From NCBI GenBank assembly GCA_049322575.1, contig JBMORQ010000015.1, positions 13,373 to 77,372 on the forward strand: a stretch of 64,000 nt of DNA. The letters are read 5' to 3'. The notes beneath the pieces were generated by a model. The model did not search any database. It had not been told where the DNA came from and was given only the letters and a program-made list of their open reading frames with translations. The position numbers and the translations under genes are program-made. Source of the stretch: Patescibacteria group bacterium (GTDB lineage Bacteria; Patescibacteriota; Microgenomatia; UBA1400; PJMF01). How positions within the stretch are numbered: the first letter of the stretch is position 1; each line of letters starts with the position of its first letter. Shown piece by piece: positions 46,892-55,530 of this stretch.

Positions 46892-47716
46892 TTGTGGAAA
46901 AATATGCATGAGATCGAACAAAAAAAACCCATAGTTTTGATAAAAATTGGTGGCTCATTGATTACCGACAAAAACAAGCCATTTACTGTTAAAGAACGAG
47001 CCTTAAATATTATTGCTGGCGAAGTTAAAAAAGCCTTGGAAAGCGGCAAGCAGTTAATTATTGGCCACGGTGCTGGATCTTTTGCCCATGTGCCAGCCAA
47101 AAAATATCAAACACATAAAGGTTTGCTAAATGACAAAAGTGTCGAAGGCATCGCGCAAGTTGCTAATGTTGTTCATCGCTTAAACAAAATTGTCATGGAT
47201 GAATTGCTTGACAAGGGTGTCAATGCTGTGGCTGTAAGCCCATTAAGTACCATGATCGCCAAAAATCACCAAATCGATACAATTTCAACAGAAGCGATTG
47301 AGTTGGCCATGTCTCTTAATATTTTGCCGGTTGTTTATGGTGATCAAATTTTTGATCGAGAAGTTGGTTGCACCATTTTTTCCACAGAGAAAGTTCTGGC
47401 TTATCTTGGTCTCGAATTAATGCGCAAGGGTTATAAGATTGAGCGCGTGATTCATTGTGGCCAAACCAATGGAGTTTATGATGAAAACGGCCAAACTATC
47501 CCGCTTATTAACTCTAAAAATTTTGATGGAATTGTTAGTTTGTTGGGCGGCTCTGGAGGAGTAGACGTGACTGGTGGTATGTTGCATAAAGTCGAAGAGA
47601 CATTGAGCTTGGCTCGTCAGGGAATTCCAGGACTGATCATTGATGGCATAGAACACGGTACTTTGTCTGACGCAATTAATGGCAAAGACGTTTTGGGGAC
47701 GAGGATAGAAGATTAG
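46892..47716 (+). CDS. Isopentenyl phosphate kinase (amino-acid-kinase fold), archaeal-type mevalonate pathway
   Basis: Contains IVLIKIGGSLITDKNKPF...IIGHGAGSFAHVPAKKY, which matches the IPK signature (LKLGGS.itdK...GHGGGsFGH). The probable start is MHEIEQ at about 46907. Confidence 0.7.
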   Translation: MWKNMHEIEQKKPIVLIKIGGSLITDKNKPFTVKERALNIIAGEVKKALESGKQLIIGHGAGSFAHVPAKKYQTHKGLLNDKSVEGIAQVANVVHRLNKIVMDELLDKGVNAVAVSPLSTMIAKNHQIDTISTEAIELAMSLNILPVVYGDQIFDREVGCTIFSTEKVLAYLGLELMRKGYKIERVIHCGQTNGVYDENGQTIPLINSKNFDGIVSLLGGSGGVDVTGGMLHKVEETLSLARQGIPGLIIDGIEHGTLSDAINGKDVLGTRIED

Positions 47717-47741
47717 CTTTTTTTGTGGCCAGGTAAAGTTC

Positions 47742-48194
47742 TTAGTCTTGGTTTGTCACCGCAACTGTTGGTGTCACCTTTTCAGTCGGCGTCACCGAGG
47801 CCTCTTGTTTCTTTTTTTCCTGATCTGCAATGCGTTTCTCGTAATCTTTTACAACTTGTTGGCAGTATAAATATCGACCGTAGTCGATGGCGCGCTCTTG
47901 GAGGGAGGGTTGGTCTTCGTTGGCTTCCACAGTGCTTCCCAAAACGTTAGAAACATGCCCGCCTACCTCCTGTGCCTTAGAAGACAAAATCTCGGTTTGC
48001 TTCTTGGCATCTTGACCGACGGTTGCTAGATTTTTCTCGTCAAAAAAACTATTTAACTGGGGGATCTTTTGTAGCTGGGCGACTAGCTGACCGTTAGCCA
48101 CGGTTTTTAAATCAACATAACCCTTGGCGATCAAAAAGCTACTCACTAAGACAAGTACAAGGGTTATTAATAGGGCAACTTTTACGACTTTCAT
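47742..48194 (-). CDS. Hypothetical membrane-anchored protein; the start is trimmed to MKVVKVALL
   Basis: The ORF-track version is extended by 56 codons into the upstream gene's leader. The internal ATG at 48192-48194 precedes an N-terminal transmembrane helix. Confidence 0.4.
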   Translation of the reverse strand: MKVVKVALLITLVLVLVSSFLIAKGYVDLKTVANGQLVAQLQKIPQLNSFFDEKNLATVGQDAKKQTEILSSKAQEVGGHVSNVLGSTVEANEDQPSLQERAIDYGRYLYCQQVVKDYEKRIADQEKKKQEASVTPTEKVTPTVAVTNQD

Positions 48195-48343
48195 TGGCTT
48201 AATGATATCACGTCTCGAGTGTGTGCTTGAACCTAAAAAACTAACACGTCTACTTAACGCTAAAAAACAAAATAGCAAGCGCAGTGCTCTGCTGCAGAAC
48301 CCCAAATTTAATGCCGATGAACGCAACAATTTAATTTTCTCAC

Positions 48344-49351
48344 TTGCATCGACAACAATCAACCTTGAAGTTATACTTCACACTTATGAAGTACAAACAT
48401 CTGGAAAAAACCAGCGAGATTGACAGAAAATTGCAACGGCTTTTACAACAGGTTCCATACGGTGCGAAATATTTGGCTGGCTTGATGGACTGGTTTAGCA
48501 TCGAACTGACTTATACCTCCAACGCACTCGAAGGCAACACCCTTACCAGGGCAGAAACAGCATTGGTGATTGAAAATGGCTTGACGACAGCGGGAAAAAC
48601 GATTCGCGAACATCTTGAAGCGATTAATCATGCCCAGGCTTTTGAATTTATAAAAAACAAAGTCGATCAATCAACTCAAGAACATAAAAATTTAGATGAA
48701 GATGATATTCTTAAAGCTCATCGCCTCATTTTGCAAAAAATTGATGATCAAAATGCTGGTCGCTATCGAAACGTTCCAGTTAGAATTTCGGGGTCGAGGG
48801 TAGTCATGCCCAATGCCGCTAAGATACCAGATTTAATGTCGGAGTTGGTTGCCGATTTTGGCAAGTCGAAGCAACATGTCGTTACTCAAGCAGTCGATTT
48901 TCACTTGCGTTTGGTGTCAATTCATCCATTTCTTGATGGCAATGGCCGCGTGGCCAGATTGATGATGAATTTTTGGCTCATGATGTATGGTTATCCGCCG
49001 CTAATAGTTTCCAAGGAGGTGCGCAGGCAATATCTTTCAAGCATTGAAAAAGTACAACTTGGTGGCTCATCTGCCGATTATTACAACCTCATGTACCAAG
49101 CCATGAATTATTCGCTGGATATTTGTCTAGAAAATTCCCAGCAACAAGAAAAGCTCCGCCAGTTAAACAAAAAATCTTTATTAAAAATTGGTGATTTTGC
49201 CAATCTGTCTTCTGAAACTGTGCCAACTATCCGCTATTGGACCAAGCAGGGATTAATTGATGTAGACGATTATTCTAGGGGTGGTTATCAGCTTTATTCA
49301 CCAAGTGCTATCAAAAGAACTAAGAAAATTCGCCAACTTCAGAAAAATTAA
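48344..49351 (+). CDS. Fic-family protein fused to a C-terminal MerR-type HTH
   Basis: The class II inhibitory motif TSNALEGN (matching [ST]xxxE[GN]), the Fic motif HPFLDGNGRVARLM, and a C-terminal segment IGDFANLSSETVPTIRYWTKQGLID...GGYQLY typical of the MerR N-terminal HTH. Confidence 0.8.
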   Translation: MHRQQSTLKLYFTLMKYKHLEKTSEIDRKLQRLLQQVPYGAKYLAGLMDWFSIELTYTSNALEGNTLTRAETALVIENGLTTAGKTIREHLEAINHAQAFEFIKNKVDQSTQEHKNLDEDDILKAHRLILQKIDDQNAGRYRNVPVRISGSRVVMPNAAKIPDLMSELVADFGKSKQHVVTQAVDFHLRLVSIHPFLDGNGRVARLMMNFWLMMYGYPPLIVSKEVRRQYLSSIEKVQLGGSSADYYNLMYQAMNYSLDICLENSQQQEKLRQLNKKSLLKIGDFANLSSETVPTIRYWTKQGLIDVDDYSRGGYQLYSPSAIKRTKKIRQLQKN

Positions 49352-49425
49352 AGATTGACGTTGGAGGAAATAAGACAGCTTTTGAATAAATTTTAGTTCA
49401 AAAAAACGGTTTTTCGCTAGTAAAC

Positions 49426-50064
49426 TTATTTCTTAGACAGTCTATTTTGGAGATATTCTTTTACGTTTTTAATAATGATATCTTTAATTTGAGAGTCGGA
49501 ATATTCTTTTCCGACCCATTCAATTGGTGTCATTTCCAAATCATCAAAGAAAGTTAGTGGATCGAGAATCCATCTCTGGTTTATTTGATATCTGGCAACT
49601 GACTCTTCGACAGCTTCTTTTAGTGAGCAAACACTTTGTTCCAAACAGATGGCTACATCAACATAATCTCTCCACGTGGCTCTTCTGCCTATGACATAAA
49701 GCTTTGAACTAAAAATATCTTTGATGTTTACAAGGGAAAAATTTTCAAAATCTTGTGGATTGTGTAAGAGTGGCGCTTCGTCTTGAAAGAAAGTAATTTT
49801 TACTTCATCGGCAAAAGCTGTATATTGTGATTCTGAAAGCAGGCGTTGTGATAAATCAAAATTTTTGAGGACTTGTTGGACTTTTTTTACTAAATCAGCT
49901 CCTATTTTTTCCTGGGTAACGAAATCTAAATCATATGATTTTCTGTGGCCAATTTGCAGGGAAAGAGCAGTTCCTCCTAGTAATTTACCAAGATTTAAAT
50001 TTCCGAGTTTTTCTAGTAGTTCCAGTTGTTTGGCAGAAACTGTTTCAAAGTGCAAATTTGACAT
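49426..50064 (-). CDS. Nucleotidyltransferase of the AbiEii/DUF1814 type (type IV toxin-antitoxin or abortive-infection toxin-like)
   Basis: Contains LGGTALSLQIGHRKSYDLDF, which matches the AbiEii signature (l.GGTAL.l..gHR.S.DlDf). Confidence 0.6.
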   Translation of the reverse strand: MSNLHFETVSAKQLELLEKLGNLNLGKLLGGTALSLQIGHRKSYDLDFVTQEKIGADLVKKVQQVLKNFDLSQRLLSESQYTAFADEVKITFFQDEAPLLHNPQDFENFSLVNIKDIFSSKLYVIGRRATWRDYVDVAICLEQSVCSLKEAVEESVARYQINQRWILDPLTFFDDLEMTPIEWVGKEYSDSQIKDIIIKNVKEYLQNRLSKK

Positions 50065-50338
50065 AGTTTTCTTTATCGATGGAATCTGAAATTTTTAGCA
50101 AATAATTTTTGACGAAATTAAAAGTTTGGGGCTGATATGTAGATCTAGGTCTATTAACAAAAGTATTCTTAATTTTAGTTAGAGAATAAATCTTCTCAAG
50201 CCATTTAAAATCGTTTAAATCACCGTATTGCAACACTTGATGAATAATGTATTCACGGTGTTTTTCTTTATCAAGTTGAGAAAAATCACACGACCAAAAA
50301 ATTTTTTGTGCAGATCTGGGTAAGCTCTTTAAGGCCAT
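50045..50338 (-). CDS. Small protein partner of the AbiEii-like gene (possible antitoxin); the start is moved to the ATG at 50338
   Basis: It overlaps the downstream AbiEii-like gene by 20 nt. The ORF-track start at 50362 is a TTG lying inside the repeat's terminal inverted repeat, whereas the first ATG, at 50336-50338, lies just outside the repeat. Confidence 0.35.
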   Translation of the reverse strand: MALKSLPRSAQKIFWSCDFSQLDKEKHREYIIHQVLQYGDLNDFKWLEKIYSLTKIKNTFVNRPRSTYQPQTFNFVKNYLLKISDSIDKENYVKFAL

Positions 50339-50347
50339 AGCTGAAAT

Positions 50348-50510
50348 TAGACTTGTAGCCAAATAAAATTTTGTAGTGAAAAATTGATTTTTTTGAACGA
50401 AAAGGGTTTTTTTGAGCGAAGTAGTAGCATAGCTAATTCGAGCGAGAAAAAAACCTTTGTAGTACTTAAAAGCAGTTTTGTAATAAAAATGTTATTTCAC
50501 TACAAGTCTA
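50348..50510. repeat. Full-length copy (163 bp) of the dispersed repeat with terminal inverted repeats TAGACTTGTAGCCAAATA ... TATTTCACTACAAGTCTA
   Basis: It is near-identical, in inverted orientation, to copy 11683-11844 and shares the internal block ttgaacgaaaagggtttttttgagcgaagtagta. Confidence 0.75.
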
Positions 50511-50611
50511 TTATATAGCAAAAGCCATGCAAATAAAAATTTGTTTCCTAAAAATTTCCCCACAAGTCTAAGCGGTTTTATCGTTAAGTTTTGTTTTTAG
50601 GTTTTTCCCAC

Positions 50612-51823
50612 CTACTCATACCTCAACGCCTCAATGGGTGAGAGTTTTGATGCGCGACGAGCCGGAGCGGCGCCAAAAACCAGTCCCACCACCGTTGAAA
50701 CGCCAAAGGCCAAGCCCACGGCTGTCATGGTAACTTTGGCTGGGAAATATGGTTGGATTAGTGCCGAGCCCAGGAACGCCAAGCCCAAGCCGATCAAGCC
50801 GCCTAAAATAGACAAAAACGCCGCCTCGATTAGAAACTGCAGCAGGATCTGGTTAGGTGTGGCACCCAGGGCCTTACGCAGTCCAATCTCGCGTGTTCGT
50901 TCGGTCACTGAGACAAGCATGATGTTCATAATACCGATGCCACCCACCAAAAGTGAAATAGCTGCGATGCCACCCAGACCAACTGTAAAGGCTCCCAAGA
51001 TCTGATTAATCGTATCCAGAATTTCGGACTGGTCAAAAACGCTAAACTCTTTGTCCTCCAGGCGCTGGGACAGCAGATCCTCTATGGCTTTGATTGCCTC
51101 AGGCATGACGTCTTTGTTTTTAGCCTTGGCCATGATTTCCATGATGGTATTCTTGTCGTAAATGTTGGAAAAAGTGCTAAACGGGATAAAAACATAAGTG
51201 TCAAAGGACGGCCCGCCGAAGCCACTCCCTTGCTTGTCAGCCACGCCCGCCACCACAAAAGTTTGGTTGCCAATCTTAATTCTCTTGCCAACTGGATCTG
51301 ATTCGCCAAAAAGTTTGTTGGCAATTTCATAGCCTAAAACAGCTACTCTTTTGCTGGATAAATCATCGTTTTTACCAAAAAAACTATCTTTTTCTGTGAC
51401 AGATTTCATGATGTCTTGATATCGATAGGTGGTGCCCACCACCGAGACGGTTTTGGTTTCATCACGATATGATGCTTTATCTGAAGCGGTATTGATTGGT
51501 ACGGCAAATAAAATAAACTCTCGCAAACCCTCGATGTCGTTGACGTCGCTCATTTTCAGCTTGCTGTTACTGAAACTTGCCGTTTGGCTTTCTCGATTAA
51601 ATCCACCATCTTCGCCAAAAATATCACCAGGATAAATGAAAATATTGCTTGACCCCAGGCTCTCAAATTGCTCGGTAACGTAGGCCTGTAGGCCGTTGCC
51701 GATGGCTGTGAGCATGGTGACGGAAAAAACACCGATGATGACGCCCAAGACCGTTAGAAAACTCCTGACTTTATTGGTGATGATGGCTCGTAGGGCTATG
51801 ATAAAAGTGTTTTGAACTGTCAT
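50612..51823 (-). CDS. ABC transporter permease, MacB/FtsX family
   Basis: An N-terminal transmembrane helix, a large periplasmic-type domain, then a C-terminal FtsX-like four-helix bundle (the GLRKALGAT motif). Confidence 0.85.
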   Translation of the reverse strand: MTVQNTFIIALRAIITNKVRSFLTVLGVIIGVFSVTMLTAIGNGLQAYVTEQFESLGSSNIFIYPGDIFGEDGGFNRESQTASFSNSKLKMSDVNDIEGLREFILFAVPINTASDKASYRDETKTVSVVGTTYRYQDIMKSVTEKDSFFGKNDDLSSKRVAVLGYEIANKLFGESDPVGKRIKIGNQTFVVAGVADKQGSGFGGPSFDTYVFIPFSTFSNIYDKNTIMEIMAKAKNKDVMPEAIKAIEDLLSQRLEDKEFSVFDQSEILDTINQILGAFTVGLGGIAAISLLVGGIGIMNIMLVSVTERTREIGLRKALGATPNQILLQFLIEAAFLSILGGLIGLGLAFLGSALIQPYFPAKVTMTAVGLAFGVSTVVGLVFGAAPARRASKLSPIEALRYE

Positions 51824-51824
51824 C

Positions 51825-52646
51825 TTATCTTTTTTTCTTGGTGTATTGATCAGACTTTGTCAGCTTGCTGTAATCAATGGTTTGGGTTTTGTCCAAAACT
51901 TCATTGTTTAGTTTTAGGCAATGTGCCGATTGTTGCGAAGAGCCAGGTTTTCTGGTGTCGGAAACAATCTCACCGTCTTTGATCACCACTCTTCGTTTGG
52001 CGATTGAGGCGACTTCATTTTCATGGGTAACTAGAATAATGGTTTTGCCCTCCTTGTTAAGCTTTTTGAGGATTTTTTCGACTTCCAAACCGCTTTTGGA
52101 GTCCAAGTTACCGGTTGGCTCATCAGCAAAAATTATGCTTGGGCTGTTAACCAAGGCTCTGGCGATAGCTACGCGTTGCTGCTGGCCTCCGGAAAGCTGT
52201 GAGGGGGTGTTGTTAAGTCGATCTCCTAGCCCCAGCAGCTCGAGGGCCTCCTTGGCTCGGCGGCGGCGCTCTCTCTCGGGCACGTTGGCATAAAGGAGGG
52301 GCAGGGCCACATTGTCGACAGCCGAGGTTTTAGCAAGCAAGTTAAATTGCTGAAATATAAAGCCAATTTCTTTGTTACGCAACTGAGCTCTCTCGACCTC
52401 ATTGTACTTTGTGACGTCCTTTTCGCCTAAATAAATCTGGCCACTCGAAGGAGCTGCCAACATGCTGGCGATTTGCAGAAAAGTTGATTTTCCTGAACCA
52501 GAAGGACCCATGATCGCCACAAACTCGCCGCTTTCCACACAAAGAGAGACCTGGTTAAGGGCGCGAATCACTTGATCGCCAAGGTGGTAAACTTTGGAGA
52601 CTTGCTTGAGCCGAAGAATGGGTTTAGTACGATTTTTTCCAGACAT
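51825..52646 (-). CDS. ABC transporter ATP-binding protein (MacB/LolD-type)
   Basis: A Walker A motif (GPSGSGKST), the ABC signature LSGGQQQRVAIARAL, and a Walker B motif (IIFADEPT). Confidence 0.9.
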   Translation of the reverse strand: MSGKNRTKPILRLKQVSKVYHLGDQVIRALNQVSLCVESGEFVAIMGPSGSGKSTFLQIASMLAAPSSGQIYLGEKDVTKYNEVERAQLRNKEIGFIFQQFNLLAKTSAVDNVALPLLYANVPERERRRRAKEALELLGLGDRLNNTPSQLSGGQQQRVAIARALVNSPSIIFADEPTGNLDSKSGLEVEKILKKLNKEGKTIILVTHENEVASIAKRRVVIKDGEIVSDTRKPGSSQQSAHCLKLNNEVLDKTQTIDYSKLTKSDQYTKKKR

Positions 52647-52715
52647 GATTATTACTTTTTTGCAGATGTGCCTTTTGCGACATATAACAGAGATTTTTTT
52701 GGTTAACGACTAGAG

Positions 52716-53825
52716 CTACTGAGGAATCCTTACCTCGTCAGACTCAGATAGGCCGGCAGTTACTTCCACAAAGTCGTCGGTCTCGAGGCCGATTTCAATC
52801 TCTCGTTCAGCGAACGATTCTCCATTTGTCCTCACGTCAACATAATTTTTATTGTCGCGTTGGCGGATGGCATCGATCGGCACGGTCAAAACATTGCTCT
52901 TGCTTGTGACGAGTATCTGAGCATCACCGTTCATGCCTAGACGGTATTTTTCCAGGCTGCTGTTGTTGGGAAAGGGCATTTCGATGATAAAAGAGGTGCC
53001 GCTGGATGTTTCGGTACTCTTGTAGGAAATGAACTTGACAAAGCTGTCAACTGTTTCGTCCGGATAGGCATCAAGGGTGATATAGGCCGATTGACTGGCC
53101 ATGACCTGGGCGATCTCGGCTTCATCAACCAGTGCCTTAAAAATCAGGCTACCGGGATTGATAACCTCAAATGAGTCGGTGGCCAGTAATTGCACACCCT
53201 TAACATTAGTTGGTGATTCAATCAAAACCCCTTCAATGGGCGAAGATAAAACCGTGTTACGGATAGCGATGTCACGAATTTCCACATCGAGAACCTCGTT
53301 TTCCAGATCCCACTGATTTTGATCAACCGAGCGCTGCTCGCGCTTGTCGATAGTGCGATCCTTGATGTCATCGAGTTGCTGATCCCAGTCCCAGCGTTCT
53401 TTCATGTAGTTGTTGAGATCCTGTTGCAGACGCTTGTTAAGATCAGCTTGGTCGATCGTGGCTAGGGTTTGGCCTTTTTTGATCCAATCGCCTTCTTGCG
53501 CCCCCAGATAAACGACTTTACCACCAGCCGCGAAGCGTAGACTGGCTTTTTCTTTGGCGTCAATAATTCCTGAGATTTCGAGGTATTTAGTTAAATCTTG
53601 TCTGACAGGATGCTCAAAGACCTCTGGAGTTTTTAAAGACGCTTGCCTTAGCTGCCATCGCCAAACTACAAAAAGAATTAAAGCGATTATGAGCAACCAC
53701 CAAAATTTTGATTTCACAAAGCCTAATGTCAAACGACCAGCTTTGCGAACGAGGGCTAAAGCTTTCATAAATAACCAGTTTAATGCATCGACAAAGGAAA
53801 AGCTAGGATTTTGTTTGCACAACAT
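52716..53825 (-). CDS. Periplasmic adaptor / membrane-fusion protein (HlyD/MacA family)
   Basis: An N-terminal transmembrane anchor followed by coiled-coil and lipoyl-like segments; it lies upstream of the ABC ATPase and permease in one operon. Confidence 0.75.
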   Translation of the reverse strand: MLCKQNPSFSFVDALNWLFMKALALVRKAGRLTLGFVKSKFWWLLIIALILFVVWRWQLRQASLKTPEVFEHPVRQDLTKYLEISGIIDAKEKASLRFAAGGKVVYLGAQEGDWIKKGQTLATIDQADLNKRLQQDLNNYMKERWDWDQQLDDIKDRTIDKREQRSVDQNQWDLENEVLDVEIRDIAIRNTVLSSPIEGVLIESPTNVKGVQLLATDSFEVINPGSLIFKALVDEAEIAQVMASQSAYITLDAYPDETVDSFVKFISYKSTETSSGTSFIIEMPFPNNSSLEKYRLGMNGDAQILVTSKSNVLTVPIDAIRQRDNKNYVDVRTNGESFAEREIEIGLETDDFVEVTAGLSESDEVRIPQ

Positions 53826-53962
53826 CCATTTCCAGGCAATTACTTTGTCATGATAACTTGACAGCTGGTCTGAGATCTATCGCGGGTAAACTAGATTACT
53901 GAATTACTTGGGGGAGGAGAACTCTGCTAGAACAGATCGTATTGGGGAGGAGACCCAAATTG

Positions 53963-54036
53963 TGAGCCGGGGAGGACTTGAACCCCCGACCAGTAAGGTA
54001 TAAGCTTACCGCTCTAACCAACTGAGCTACCGGCTC
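53963..54036 (-). tRNA. tRNA-Ile with anticodon UAU (reads AUA)
   Basis: Folded by hand into a cloverleaf. The acceptor stem is GAGCCGG/CCGGCTC, positions 8-9 are U-A, the D stem is GCTC/GAGC, the anticodon stem is GTAAG/CTTAC with loop C-U-UAU-A-C, and the T arm is GGGGG-TTCAAGT-CCTCC with discriminator A. The 3' CCA is not encoded. Confidence 0.8.
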
Positions 54037-54276
54037 ACGAATGATCTGTAGCTCAAGGCTTGAACAAGCTCTGGGCCACTAGATTAACAGCTTGATTATA
54101 ACAACTGGATTATATCAGTTGAACCCAAGAACAAAAGGCTTTGTTCACCAGTGTCTGTTCACCAGTCCAATCAAGGGATGTAGCCAACAAGTGGTGGAGA
54201 GAAGCCATGCAGCTCGCAATTGGCAAAAAAACCCCGGCACTTGGCCGGGGTAGTTAATTTCTTTACAAGTTGTAAT

Positions 54277-55515
54277 CTAGAGGAAGAGCAAGAGTAGAGC
54301 ACCTACACCTAGGGCTACAAGCCCGACCTTGAGATAGTTCATCCAATCAGCTGGGCCGGTTTGAGGTAACTCAGCTGGCAGTTCTTGGGCTACGTAAACT
54401 GTCTCAACATACTTGGTGGTGGCACCACTTGGCATTCTGCAATACTGATCCTCGGGATTGACGTCAAGCCTACAGCGTCCGTTGTAGCAGATATGACTGA
54501 CATTGGCACAGTCTGAGTTGATTGAGCAGGTGTCATTACATTGAACAGTAGTGACAACTATGTAGCCAGTCGGTTGTGGTGAAACATATGGAGGCAGGGT
54601 TGGTACTGGGGTATTGGTGGCACCAGGCACTGGCGTGTTAGTTGGCACAGTCGGGGCGGTGCAACATGAACTGTAGCTCGGGTTAGCCGCACAGGCCGTT
54701 CGATATTCGTTGTAGCCACAGTAGTTGCTGCCGTTACTGGCTGGGATACAGACCAAGCTACCAGTACAGTCATCGTCATTTGAACATGGTGTGTAACCAC
54801 AGTCGCTGGGAGCGGGAGTTGGTGTAGCCGTTGGAGCAGCTGTACAACAACTTGCAACACTTGGACTGGCGATACAGGCAGTTCTGTATTGTGGCAAACT
54901 ACAGTAGTTATTGCCGTTGTTTGCAGTGACACAGACTAGTTCTCCGGCACAACTGTTATCATCGGTGCAAGGCGTGTATCCACATTCACTTGGAGCTGGT
55001 GTTGCTGTTGGAGTCGGGGTGGACGACGGGGTTGGTGTGCGGGACGGTGTCGGTGATGGCCCACGGGTTGGTGTGGGGGAAACCGATGGCCGCCTGGTTG
55101 GGGTTGGCGATTGTCTGGTGATTGTTGGGCTAGGTCGTGGTGTTGAGGTAGCCGTGACACGAGGTGTTGTTGGAGTGGGATTGACAGCTCCGACATCGAA
55201 AGTTAGAGTACAAGTGGCTGTTTTCGAAACATATGCGGCCGGTTCTGACTCAGGAGCATTAGGAGCCACTGGCGCTGTTTTGCTGATGCGCTGCTTCTGA
55301 GAGATGAGTACACCTGCTAAGCCAGCGACTAAAACGAGGATGAGAGCCACAACCCCAAGCAAAGCGCGAACATCAACACCAAGAAGCTTCTTGGGTGATT
55401 TCTTTTTGAAACCACTGGGAATGTTGGCCGACGGTACATTACCAATCACTTGATCAGGGTTGTTGGCGTGATCCTTCATATATAAAGCTTGTGGTTGGTT
55501 ATTAGTGTCTATCAT
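54277..55515 (-). CDS. Cysteine-rich, Pro/Thr-rich surface protein with an N-terminal signal anchor and a C-terminal LPXTG sorting signal
   Basis: An N-terminal transmembrane helix (VALILVLVAGLAGVLI); two internal repeats of about 60 aa, each with eight Cys (ECGYTPC..C.G.LVC....NG.NYC....YRTAC...PS..SCCTA); and C-terminal LPQTG followed by a hydrophobic tail. Confidence 0.6.
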   Translation of the reverse strand: MIDTNNQPQALYMKDHANNPDQVIGNVPSANIPSGFKKKSPKKLLGVDVRALLGVVALILVLVAGLAGVLISQKQRISKTAPVAPNAPESEPAAYVSKTATCTLTFDVGAVNPTPTTPRVTATSTPRPSPTITRQSPTPTRRPSVSPTPTRGPSPTPSRTPTPSSTPTPTATPAPSECGYTPCTDDNSCAGELVCVTANNGNNYCSLPQYRTACIASPSVASCCTAAPTATPTPAPSDCGYTPCSNDDDCTGSLVCIPASNGSNYCGYNEYRTACAANPSYSSCCTAPTVPTNTPVPGATNTPVPTLPPYVSPQPTGYIVVTTVQCNDTCSINSDCANVSHICYNGRCRLDVNPEDQYCRMPSGATTKYVETVYVAQELPAELPQTGPADWMNYLKVGLVALGVGALLLLFL

Positions 55516-55530
55516 TTTATTTTATCTAGA

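Noticed and set aside
1603-50510. Considered whether the recurring TAGACTTG... repeats could be a CRISPR array
   Set aside because: The copies are dispersed over 49 kb, in both orientations, with irregular spacing, and they are themselves palindromic elements rather than direct repeats separated by unique spacers. No cas genes are present.
50634-52293. + strand ORFs inside the MacB permease and ABC ATPase genes (50634-51005, 51429-51635, 51877-52293)
   Set aside because: They are antisense to genes with unambiguous ABC motifs, and the translated products are Pro/Arg/Ala-rich nonsense, typical of the reverse strand of GC-richer coding sequence.
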